Source of the DNA: Chloroflexia bacterium | GTDB lineage: Bacteria > Chloroflexota > Chloroflexia > Thermomicrobiales > UBA6265 | Length of the DNA stretch: 28,492 nt | Direction: 5' to 3' | NCBI GenBank assembly: GCA_013696265.1 | Contig: JACCYX010000450.1 | Span: 1-28,492, forward strand | Part shown: positions 1 to 7,771 of the stretch, in pieces | Layout of the letters: every line of letters begins with the position of its first letter | Position numbering within the stretch: position 1 is the first letter of the stretch | The notes under the pieces: model-generated | Database searches by the model: none | Told to the model about the DNA's origin: nothing | What the model saw: only the letters and a program-made list of their open reading frames with translations | Made by a program: the position numbers and the translations under genes

Positions 1-401
1 TCGTTGTACGCCGCCCGCATCGGCGGCTTGCGGAAGAAGACGAGCCCGAAGGCGAGGAGGCAGAGGCCGAGGTTGACCACGGTTCCGGCGGCGGCAATGA
101 TCGTCTGCTGCACGAGACTGAACTCGAACGGGAAGTAGGAGACGTACCCGGCAAATCCGTAGTAGCCGAAGTCGACGACCGTGCCGTCCATCGTCCAGAT
201 CGCCACCGCGTGGCCCAGCTCATGCAGGGCGACGGAGACTGGCACCAGCACGAAAAAGGCCGCCTCGTCGACGATGGAGCGGTCAGCCTGGGTGAAGGAG
301 CGATCCCAGACCGTCGACCACGATCTGACGAGCCGGTAGACCACGCGGACGCCGATGACCACGTAGAAGAGACTGATAATCGCAAAGGGTCCAAACGGCA
401 T
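1..401 (-). CDS. M50/site-2-protease-like membrane zinc metallopeptidase, N-terminal part (truncated by window edge)
   Basis: Manual translation from ATG at 401: MPFGPFAIISLFYVVIGVRVVYRLVRSW...VSVALHELGHAVAIW...IIAAAGTVVNLGL. HExxH (HELGH) at 210-224 lies in a hydrophobic segment. The frame is open to the window edge and is absent from the ORF track. Confidence 0.8.
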   Translation of the reverse strand, partial: MPFGPFAIISLFYVVIGVRVVYRLVRSWSTVWDRSFTQADRSIVDEAAFFVLVPVSVALHELGHAVAIWTMDGTVVDFGYYGFAGYVSYFPFEFSLVQQTIIAAAGTVVNLGLCLLAFGLVFFRKPPMRAAYN

Positions 402-482
402 GGGGCATCCTGCTCGACACGGATCGGTGTCGCGGCCCGTGCCGCGCTCCGGAATGATAGGGCCTCGACCCGTGGCGCGGGA

Positions 483-1814
483 TCAGGAACCGTGAGCCAC
501 GACGTTCCGCGTCTCGGGCATGAGCCGTTGGCGCTGGGTCCAGGCGATCGCGATCGCCGCCGCGGCGGTGATGATTCCCCCGACTCCCACCGCCGTCGCC
601 ACCCCAAACTGATCGGCGATGGCGCCAGAAATCAGGGCCCCGAATGGGGTGGTACCCGCGAAGACCGTCATGTACACGGCCATCACGCGGCCCCGCAGTT
701 CGGGCGCGGCGGTCGTCTGCACGGTCGTGTTGGCGGTCGCCATGGCGGTGCTGGAGGCGAATCCGGCAATCGCCAGGGTGAGCATGCCCAGGGCGATGCC
801 GGTGGGGATCGAGGCCGCGACCGCGAGCACGATTTCGACCAGGCCAAGTCCGATCGCCGCGCCCAGCATGCGCACACGGCTCGGCGTACGCCCGAACATG
901 GCCAGGGTCAGCGCCCCGAGCAGCGAACCGATACCCATCGCCGAGAAGAGCAGCCCGTAGGCCCCGGCGCCAGATCCGAAACTGTCCGAAGCCAGCATCG
1001 GCACCCAGATATTGAAGTTCATGCCAAAGGTGCCGACCGCCCCGACCAGGATGATCGTCCGGTAGATGGTGGGGGTGGCCAGCACATAGCCCACGCCTTC
1101 CCGCAGCCGGGCCTTGGCCGAACCGCTCGCCACCCGAACCACGGGCGCGATCCGCATCATCAGGAGCCCAATGATCACACCGCCGTAGGAAACCGTGTTG
1201 ATCGCGAAACAGGCCACCGGCCCGAACACCGCCAGCACCAAGCCGGCGATCGCCGGTCCCACCACGCGGGCGGTGTTGAACATCGTCGCGTTCAGGGCGA
1301 TCGCGTTCATCACCGCCTTCTTGCCGACCATCTCCGACACGAGCGATTGGCGGGTCGGCATGTCGAGCGCGTTGGTGATGCCAAAGACGCCCGCGACGGC
1401 GTAGACCTGCCAGAGTTGGATCCGGTCGAGCAGCACCAGGATGGTGAGCACGCCCGCCAGCAGGGCGAAGATCGATTGCGTCATGACCAGGAGTCGGCGT
1501 TTGGGAAACCGGTCGGCAACGACGCCGGCCGGGATGCCGAGCAGCAGGACCGGCGCGAACTGGAAGACGTTGACCAGTCCCAATTGAAACGGCGACGCGC
1601 CGAGGAGTTCGTAGACGAGATACGACTGGGCCAGCGACTGCATCCAGGTGCCGGTGACGGAAACCAGCTGGCCGAAAAAGAAGAGTCGGTAGTTCCGGTA
1701 GCCAAACGCGGGGAATCGCCCGCGCGCTTCCGGTTCCAGGGGCTCGTTGGGAGGCGGATCAGCCGGGCTGATCGAGGTTACGGGATGGATGGAGGGATGG
1801 GAACTTGCCGGCAT
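483..1814 (-). CDS. MFS transporter (MFS_3/DUF894-like exporter)
   Basis: About 12 hydrophobic segments; family-typical NYRLFFFGQLVSVTGTWMQ, motif A-like GVVADRFPKRRLL, and LRGRVMAVY. Start uncertain (ORF track gives 1847; ATG at 1814 chosen). Confidence 0.92.
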   Translation of the reverse strand: MPASSHPSIHPVTSISPADPPPNEPLEPEARGRFPAFGYRNYRLFFFGQLVSVTGTWMQSLAQSYLVYELLGASPFQLGLVNVFQFAPVLLLGIPAGVVADRFPKRRLLVMTQSIFALLAGVLTILVLLDRIQLWQVYAVAGVFGITNALDMPTRQSLVSEMVGKKAVMNAIALNATMFNTARVVGPAIAGLVLAVFGPVACFAINTVSYGGVIIGLLMMRIAPVVRVASGSAKARLREGVGYVLATPTIYRTIILVGAVGTFGMNFNIWVPMLASDSFGSGAGAYGLLFSAMGIGSLLGALTLAMFGRTPSRVRMLGAAIGLGLVEIVLAVAASIPTGIALGMLTLAIAGFASSTAMATANTTVQTTAAPELRGRVMAVYMTVFAGTTPFGALISGAIADQFGVATAVGVGGIITAAAAIAIAWTQRQRLMPETRNVVAHGS

Positions 1815-2063
1815 GCGTCCTGTGCTGGTGAGCTGGACGGCCGGCACCGCGATCCGGGCTGGGAGCCGCGCGGTGGCGGGTCGAAGTTCGGGCGATCAAC
1901 GGGTGAAGAGAGCCGTGCCAGACGAGAGGTCGAATCGTCGTCGACCATTCCATGAATCGCATGGATCGGCCGCGCTGTCAAATCGAATGGGGCCATGCAG
2001 GCGTGGCGCCTGGCTGTCCGATATTGCCAAGTATCGGCCCGACTCCGGCCAGCACAAACAGTT

Positions 2064-2187
2064 CGTCATTCCGAGCGTGCGAGGCAGCGACGCGAAGCGG
2101 AGCGATATCCCCCGCGAAGCGGTATTGAAGTTTGGCGAAACACGTACCGGCTCCGCCGGGGATGTCTCGCTGGCGCTCGACATGACG
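2064..2187. repeat. CGTC-tagged REP-like inverted repeat element
   Basis: Left arm CGTCATTCCGAGC (2064-2076) and right arm GCTCGACATGACG (2175-2187); inner arms AGCGATATCCC / GGGATGTCTCGCT. Lies downstream of the usp stop. A related partial copy starts at 28348. Confidence 0.65.
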
Positions 2188-2213
2188 GCCGGGAGGACGC
2201 ACCGGCCACACCC

Positions 2214-2681
2214 TCACCTCCGCCCTTCGTCGTCTTCACGCGGGTTCCGGATAAGCAACACGGGAACGGTGGCCTGGCGCAAGACCTCCTCGGCCACGCT
2301 TCCCAGGAACCAGCGCTTCACCCCGGTCCGGCCATGCGACGCCATCGCGACCAGGTCGCCATCCTGGGTGGCGGATTTGATCGCGGCGGCCGCGTACCCG
2401 CGCAACACGACCCCGGTCACGGTGTAGCCGTCGGACGTCAACGCCGAGACCTGCGTGTCGATGAACGCGGTGGCGTCCTGTTCCTCCTCGGTGATCAACT
2501 CGCTGACCGCCGTGTAATCGAATCCCATCCCGATCGGTCCAATACCGGCGCCGACCGTCGGATCGACCGCGCGAACGAGGTGGAGCGGCACGTCGAGCCG
2601 CTTCGCCAGGTCCTTGGCGTGGGCCAATGCCTCGCTTGCCAGGTCGGAGCCATCGAGCGGAACCACAATCCGGTTATACAT
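2214..2681 (-). CDS. Universal stress protein (UspA family)
   Basis: MYNRIVVPLDGS start, DLVAMASHGRTG...FLGSVAEEVLRQATVPVLLIR signature; SD-like GGGGAG upstream. Confidence 0.96.
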   Translation of the reverse strand: MYNRIVVPLDGSDLASEALAHAKDLAKRLDVPLHLVRAVDPTVGAGIGPIGMGFDYTAVSELITEEEQDATAFIDTQVSALTSDGYTVTGVVLRGYAAAAIKSATQDGDLVAMASHGRTGVKRWFLGSVAEEVLRQATVPVLLIRNPREDDEGRR

Positions 2682-3017
2682 GTTGCGACTCTCCCCTGTT
2701 GGAACTCACGAATGGACGCTTGGTGCCCGGCCGAGATGACCCGCGTCGCTGCCGATCCGCGGGCCGAGATGATCCCTCGCAAGCTCGGGACGGCAGCCAT
2801 ACCGGAAGGCAACCCTGCAAGTCCGACACAATCTTTGCACAGCCTACCCCACCGCAACCTGCCCGCGAGCGAATTGCGCGTTGGTCGGCGCCGCCGAATT
2901 TTGGACGGCTGCGTATCCGGGGGCGCGTCGAGCGGGGTCAGGTTGCTCCGCCCGCGCTCGGAAACATCGGTGAGCCCAGGTGCTTCACCAGGTAATCTTC
3001 TGGATGTCGACACACCG

Positions 3018-3063
3018 ATTAAAACAGCATCGCCCGGTGCCTGAGCATCGGGCGATGTCTTTT
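3018..3063. terminator. Intrinsic terminator-like hairpin, possibly bidirectional
   Basis: CATCGCCCG-GTGC / GCAT-CGGGCGATG stem (3028-3057) followed by TCTTTT on +; ATTAAAACAG on the left gives a U-rich tail on the minus strand. Confidence 0.55.
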
Positions 3064-3518
3064 GTCTGCTCGATCGCAGCCGGGGAGTACCAGCTTGACC
3101 GCGATCGACTGGTCAAGCCTCGGAGGGGAAGGTTGTGAAGTGATGCCAACGTCCATCGTTTCCTTCAGGAGCCAGCACACTGTTGGGAGGAAGAAGGGGG
3201 TAGTGATAAGCCAGGCGACCGGCTAACGTCGCCCGAGGCGGCAATGGTATCGACGGCCCACGATGGTTCGGGTTCGATGTCATCGGAAATGTCATCGCGT
3301 GCCGGGCGGCCCTGCGTCGATGGTCGTAGCGATACGACTTCGGCGAGCCAATGGGTTGAATTGTCAATGTACCTTGGCGCCTTTAGGCGTTGCAGCGTCT
3401 CTGTTACCTGAGTCGTCTGCGACTATCGTAGCATCGCGATATGGTGTTGTCTAGACCCCCAGCCATAATTGTGACGAATTGCACGATTTTGTGCCCCCGA
3501 GGCAACGAATGTTCGCCG

Positions 3519-4655
3519 CTACCTGACCCGCGCCCGTAACGTCTCGGCCATGGCTTCGACGCGTTCGCGGTCGATCGCGTAGTACTTCATGCCGCGCCTG
3601 GGCTCGACCTGGATTAAACCGGCCCGCTCCAGTTGCGAAAGATGCCGGGAGACCGCCGATTGCGCGATCCCCAGCCGGCCAACGATTTCCTGGGCGTAGA
3701 GTTGCCCGCTGCTGAGGAGGTCGATAATGCGAAGACGGTTGGCATCCCCCAGGGCGCGCAGCATTTCGAGGAGATCGTCTCCCGACAGGGCCGGGATCGC
3801 GACCCCGTTTTCCGGGTCGGGCCGGAAGGATTCCAACTCGACTTCCGGCACACCCAATCCGGCGCCAGCCGCGACTACGTTTTGGGCACTGAAAAAGACC
3901 ACCAGGTCGGGCGGGTAACTGATGTAGCTGACGAAGGCGCCGATGTGCGCGGACGGGCAAAAGGTGACGCTCGCCACCTGGTTCAGGCCCGCCGCCAGCG
4001 TCGATGGCAGGCGATTGCCGGTCAGTTCCGCGAACGCCAGGCCAAAGCCGCGGCTGGCCTCGATCCGGGCGATTCGCTCCGCTTCTTCCAGTTCGCCGCG
4101 CCGTTGCTCGTATTCATCGCGGTAGACCGCGTCCCACACCCCGCGGATGAGCCGCATCGTCCGCCACTTCAGTTGTTCCGGATCGCGGATCAACTGCACC
4201 ACGTCGGCGGCGGCGGCGGTGGTCAGGCCGGGTTCGACGTAGCGATACCAGGCGTTTTCCTCATCGAGCGAGGGGGCGGCGAGGCCGGTTCCCAGGTCCT
4301 GGTGAACCCGATCAAGGGCGCCGATCGCCATCTCCCGGTAGTCGTGGGCGGGAAGCTCGCCAAGGAACCAGAGCAGGTCGTCGATCGAGGCCGGCAGGCG
4401 ATCCTCCCGCAACGGGTCGAACCGCATGATCGGTTCTTCCATGTAGTAGAGCAGCCGGCCCGAGAAGCCATGCAAAACATCCAGGTCTTCCTGAAGTTGC
4501 CGGGGCAGGGCCCGCCGGGCGCCGATCAGCCAGCGGTCCAGCCCGCTACCGGGCACGGCCCGGTACAGCAGCGACATGACGGAAACCATGTCGAGCGGAA
4601 TCGAGATCGCGGTTCGTACTTGCAGCGCGGGACGTCCGACGACGAGTTCGCCCAT
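3519..4655 (-). CDS. ArsR/SmtB-family transcriptional regulator with long N-terminal (DUF5937-like) domain
   Basis: C-terminal LRALGDANRLRIIDLL...EIVGRLGIAQSAVSRHLSQLERAGLI winged HTH; ~290-aa N-terminal domain. Confidence 0.9.
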   Translation of the reverse strand: MGELVVGRPALQVRTAISIPLDMVSVMSLLYRAVPGSGLDRWLIGARRALPRQLQEDLDVLHGFSGRLLYYMEEPIMRFDPLREDRLPASIDDLLWFLGELPAHDYREMAIGALDRVHQDLGTGLAAPSLDEENAWYRYVEPGLTTAAAADVVQLIRDPEQLKWRTMRLIRGVWDAVYRDEYEQRRGELEEAERIARIEASRGFGLAFAELTGNRLPSTLAAGLNQVASVTFCPSAHIGAFVSYISYPPDLVVFFSAQNVVAAGAGLGVPEVELESFRPDPENGVAIPALSGDDLLEMLRALGDANRLRIIDLLSSGQLYAQEIVGRLGIAQSAVSRHLSQLERAGLIQVEPRRGMKYYAIDRERVEAMAETLRARVR

Positions 4656-4788
4656 GACAAGGTCCGTTTCATGGCTGGCCGTAGCCGGTTCTCACGTGAG
4701 CGATTCCGAATACGGGGCGCTGGTGTCTGGCGCCGAAACGATCCGCAAGCGATGCGCTCCGACGGTCCAGGGCGATGATGCAATGACG

Positions 4789-4797
4789 ATATTAGCA
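4789..4797 (-). promoter_or_regulatory. Candidate extended -10 promoter for the ArsR-type regulator
   Basis: Minus-strand TGCTAATAT (TGn + TAnnnT) in an AT-rich island about 135 nt upstream of the start. Confidence 0.4.
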
Positions 4798-5009
4798 TAA
4801 TGACCGGTGTGCCAGTGCCTAAAGCATGGAACGGCTCGTTTCGCATTTCACAAATCGGGAAGCCGATCCGGGGCTTTCGGAACATGTAGCAGCGCGCCAC
4901 ACTGGCGTGGGTGCGACGCACGATTTGGCATGGCGTTCCTACGCCAACCGACGTTCGCGATTCCCAGATGGACCGATGGGTAGTCAGCGAACTGTCTGGC
5001 GTACGCGAC

Positions 5010-5039
5010 TTGACATACGGCCGATCGCCACTCTAGTCT
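5010..5039 (+). promoter_or_regulatory. sigma70-type promoter for the recombinase-like gene
   Basis: TTGACA (5010-5015), 18-nt spacer, TAGTCT (5034-5039). Confidence 0.6.
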
Positions 5040-5088
5040 CGGGCATATGGCGGTGAGATACGCATCCACGCGGCGACTGGAGGTCACC

Positions 5089-6174
5089 ATGCCCGATCGG
5101 CCCGATTCCAGCAACCAGGTGCCTCCGGACCATGTATCCCGCTTTCGGGGCCGGGATGGGGTCACCGATGATGAGCGCGAGCAGCCGCCGTATGGCAGCG
5201 AGGCGCTTGCCCGGATTGAATCGGAGGCGCGGAACAACCGCCCCGCCCAACTCGACTTGTTCGCGGTCGGCGACGGTGGCGCGTTCATCCAGGAGGTGGG
5301 TGGGCTGGCGCCGCTCGCCGCCCGCTCCAGCCTCGACCTCGCGCGAACGACATACCGCCGGCATCTGGAGGCGCTCAAACGGCCGCGCAACACGATCGAA
5401 TCCTACAGCTACGACCTCAACGTGCTCGAGCACCTGATCGGCCCCAAACCGCTCAACCGGATCGAGCGGCGGGACATCGCCCGGTACCTGGGCGATGCCT
5501 CCAGCAAGACCACCCGGAAACGGCGGCTGACTTCGGCGCGTCGCTTCTTCCGCTACCTGATCGATGACGTCAAAGTCCTTAAGTTCGATCCGACCGAGGG
5601 CTACTATCCGCACGCCATCGCCTTGCGGGCACCGGCGCCGCTCTTCGAGCAGGAACAGCGTGACCTGCTGGAGGCGGCCCACGCCGACGAGGAGTGGAGC
5701 GCGCTCGCGGTCTGGCTGATGATGCGGCTGGGCTTGACGCGCGCCGAGTTGCTGGCGTTGCAACGGGATCACATCGACCGCACCAACCCGCTCGAACCCG
5801 TCGTGTACGTGGCCTACGACTCCGCCGCCAAGCAATCGAAAGACCGGAAGCTGGCGGCGGATCGAGCCTTCGCGGCGCTCTACGACGCCTTCCTGGAGGC
5901 GCGGGAGCCCACGGGAATCCTGTTTCCCGTTGGACCGCAGGCCGTGAACGGCATGATCGAGCGGCTGCGGCGAGCGGCGAACATCACGAAAGACGTGTCG
6001 CCGCAAACACTGCGCACGACCTTCGCCGTCGAGCAAGCCAGGGCGGGCGCCGACCAGCAACAGTTGTTGGCCCTGCTGGGATTGGTGAACGATCCCCGCA
6101 ACCGGGCCAGCGTCGATCGCTACCTCGCCCTCGCGTCGCCACCGCTCGAGACCGCTGTTCCGGACCGTCCATGA
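5089..6174 (+). CDS. Tyrosine recombinase/integrase-fold protein with degenerate active site
   Basis: SAM-like N domain (RNTIESYSYDL...IARYL...TRKRRLTSARRFFRYL) and catalytic-domain boxes (LGLTRAELLAL, VSPQTLRTTFA, LLGL...VDRY). SD GGAGGT precedes ATG 5089; in-frame ATG 5047 is an alternative start. Confidence 0.88.
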   Translation: MPDRPDSSNQVPPDHVSRFRGRDGVTDDEREQPPYGSEALARIESEARNNRPAQLDLFAVGDGGAFIQEVGGLAPLAARSSLDLARTTYRRHLEALKRPRNTIESYSYDLNVLEHLIGPKPLNRIERRDIARYLGDASSKTTRKRRLTSARRFFRYLIDDVKVLKFDPTEGYYPHAIALRAPAPLFEQEQRDLLEAAHADEEWSALAVWLMMRLGLTRAELLALQRDHIDRTNPLEPVVYVAYDSAAKQSKDRKLAADRAFAALYDAFLEAREPTGILFPVGPQAVNGMIERLRRAANITKDVSPQTLRTTFAVEQARAGADQQQLLALLGLVNDPRNRASVDRYLALASPPLETAVPDRP

Positions 6175-6187
6175 TGGGACAACCACG

Positions 6188-6712
6188 GTGACAACTGGTC
6201 AGCTCGTGGTGATCGGCCTGCGGCTGATCGTGCCGCTGCTCATCCTGAGGCGACCGTTGGCGGGCGGCATCGCCGCAATGCTGCTCGACGCGACGGACGT
6301 GATCATCGTCGAGATTTTCGGTCCGGGCGGGATGGGCGCACATTACCAGAATATTGATAAAGGGCTCGATCTCTGGTATCTCGGGCTCGAAGCCTACGTT
6401 TCGCTGAGCTGGACCGAGCGCGTACCACGCCTGATCAGCATGTGGCTGTTTGGACTGCGACTCGTCGGTGTAGTGCTGTTCGAACTGAGCGGGTGGCGCC
6501 CGTTGCTCTTCCTCTTTCCGAATCTCTTCGAAAACTGGTTCCTGTTCGTGCTCGTGATCTGGAGATTCTTCCCCAACGTGCGGCTCGATACCTGGCGAAG
6601 GTGCCTGGCCTGGCTCACCGTGCTGTACATCCCGAAACTCGGTCAGGAATACCTCCTGCACGTCGCCGAAGCGCAACCCTGGGCGTGGCTCAAGGACCGG
6701 CTGGGCATTTAG
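6188..6712 (+). CDS. Hypothetical integral membrane protein (CDP-alcohol phosphotransferase-like Asp pattern)
   Basis: 174 aa, about 5 hydrophobic segments, LLDATD...YQNIDKGLD; GTG start 13 nt after the recombinase stop. Confidence 0.8.
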   Translation: MTTGQLVVIGLRLIVPLLILRRPLAGGIAAMLLDATDVIIVEIFGPGGMGAHYQNIDKGLDLWYLGLEAYVSLSWTERVPRLISMWLFGLRLVGVVLFELSGWRPLLFLFPNLFENWFLFVLVIWRFFPNVRLDTWRRCLAWLTVLYIPKLGQEYLLHVAEAQPWAWLKDRLGI

Positions 6713-6736
6713 ATATGGCATCCGGGTAGTTCGTGC

Positions 6737-6811
6737 GTAGGGGTCAACCTCCGTGTTGACCCAGATTCCGCGATCCCGACGCCACGGGCGATCACGGAGG
6801 ATCGCCCCTAC
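6737..6811. repeat. GTAG-tagged REP doublet (REPIN)
   Basis: GTAGGGGTCAACCTCCGTGTTGACCC (6737-6762) and inverted GGGCGATCACGGAGGATCGCCCCTAC (6786-6811), 23-nt spacer, between convergent genes. Confidence 0.85.
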
Positions 6812-6847
6812 CCCCGTGTTCGTGAACATCGCCTGTTCGCCCTGTGC

Positions 6848-7771
6848 TCACACTGACTCCGTATCGGCGTCCCAGGCGAGGAGTTGGGCCGCCAGCGAAC
6901 GTATCTCATCGACATCGTGCAGGACGTCGAGCCAACGCGCCGGGAGCGCGGACGCGCCGTACTCCGCCCCGGCCAGGGCGCCGGCAACCGCTCCGGTGGT
7001 ATCCGAGTCGTGACCCAGCGCCACGGCCCGCACGATCGTCTCCTCCGCGGAATCGGTCGAGAGGAGAGACCAATATGCGGCGTTCAACGTATCGAGGACG
7101 TAGCCGCCCGACAATACATCCGCTCGATCCATGTCCGGCGCCCGCCGGATGGCGTCAACAACACGATCCTCGCCAATTCCCTCGATCGAGGCATCGACCA
7201 GGGAGTCGCGGTGTCCGCCACCCAGCAGGTGGACAATGCCCTGGTTGAGCGCCACCGCACCCCAGGTTGCCCGGGGATCGGCGTGCGTCATCCGCGATGT
7301 CTCGATCGACGACCACCGCAACCGCTCGGGATCGGACCGGAACCGCGCCGCCAGCGGCGCGCAGCGCATCACCGTTCCATTTCCCGCGACGCCATCAACG
7401 GAGGTCCGCTGCAGGCGTTCGCCGGCATCTTGCCACGGCACGCCCTGGGCGATCAGTTCCAGGGCGCGATCGGTGGCAAGGCCGATATCCTTCGGTCCGG
7501 ACCGATACCAGGCGACAAGGTTTGCGGCCACGGCGTCGAGATCGATGCCGTCGCGCGTGCAGCCCCGCGCGATGGCCAGGGCCATCTGCGTATCGTCCGT
7601 GTACTCGCCCGGTTCGAGACGATGCGGACCCCCGCCCACAATTTCGCGGATTCCATCGGGAAACGACCGGTCGAGATCGTTCCGATCGCGAAACTCGACG
7701 GCGCCACCGAGCGCATCGCCGCAGGCCAGCCCAAGGAGGCATCCCGCCGCCCGGTCGTCGAGACCGGTCAT
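6848..7771 (-). CDS. ADP-ribosylglycohydrolase (DraG/ARH family)
   Basis: GLACGDALG, YTDDTQM, DIG, GNGTVMRCAP, TH and GHDSDTTGAVAGALAGA motifs. ATG at 7771 overlaps the upstream stop (ATGA). Confidence 0.95.
   Translation of the reverse strand: MTGLDDRAAGCLLGLACGDALGGAVEFRDRNDLDRSFPDGIREIVGGGPHRLEPGEYTDDTQMALAIARGCTRDGIDLDAVAANLVAWYRSGPKDIGLATDRALELIAQGVPWQDAGERLQRTSVDGVAGNGTVMRCAPLAARFRSDPERLRWSSIETSRMTHADPRATWGAVALNQGIVHLLGGGHRDSLVDASIEGIGEDRVVDAIRRAPDMDRADVLSGGYVLDTLNAAYWSLLSTDSAEETIVRAVALGHDSDTTGAVAGALAGAEYGASALPARWLDVLHDVDEIRSLAAQLLAWDADTESV

Noticed and set aside
210-1955. 581-aa plus-strand ORF
   Set aside because: Antisense shadow of the MFS gene; Arg/His/Gly-rich with no motifs, typical of GC-rich shadow frames.
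2795-2830. CCGGAAGG motif reminiscent of SRP RNA domain IV
   Set aside because: Flanking CAGG and GCAGC elements are not in the correct order or pairing.
2495-3044. Several long ORFs (1995-3044 +, 2495-3013 -, 2627-2995 +) across the usp upstream gap
   Set aside because: No recognisable motifs or SD, composition of non-coding GC-rich frames, and overlap with usp.
3519-6174. Integrative element defined by the integrase plus regulator
   Set aside because: No adjacent tRNA/att site, direct repeats, or phage/conjugation genes, and the integrase active site is degenerate.
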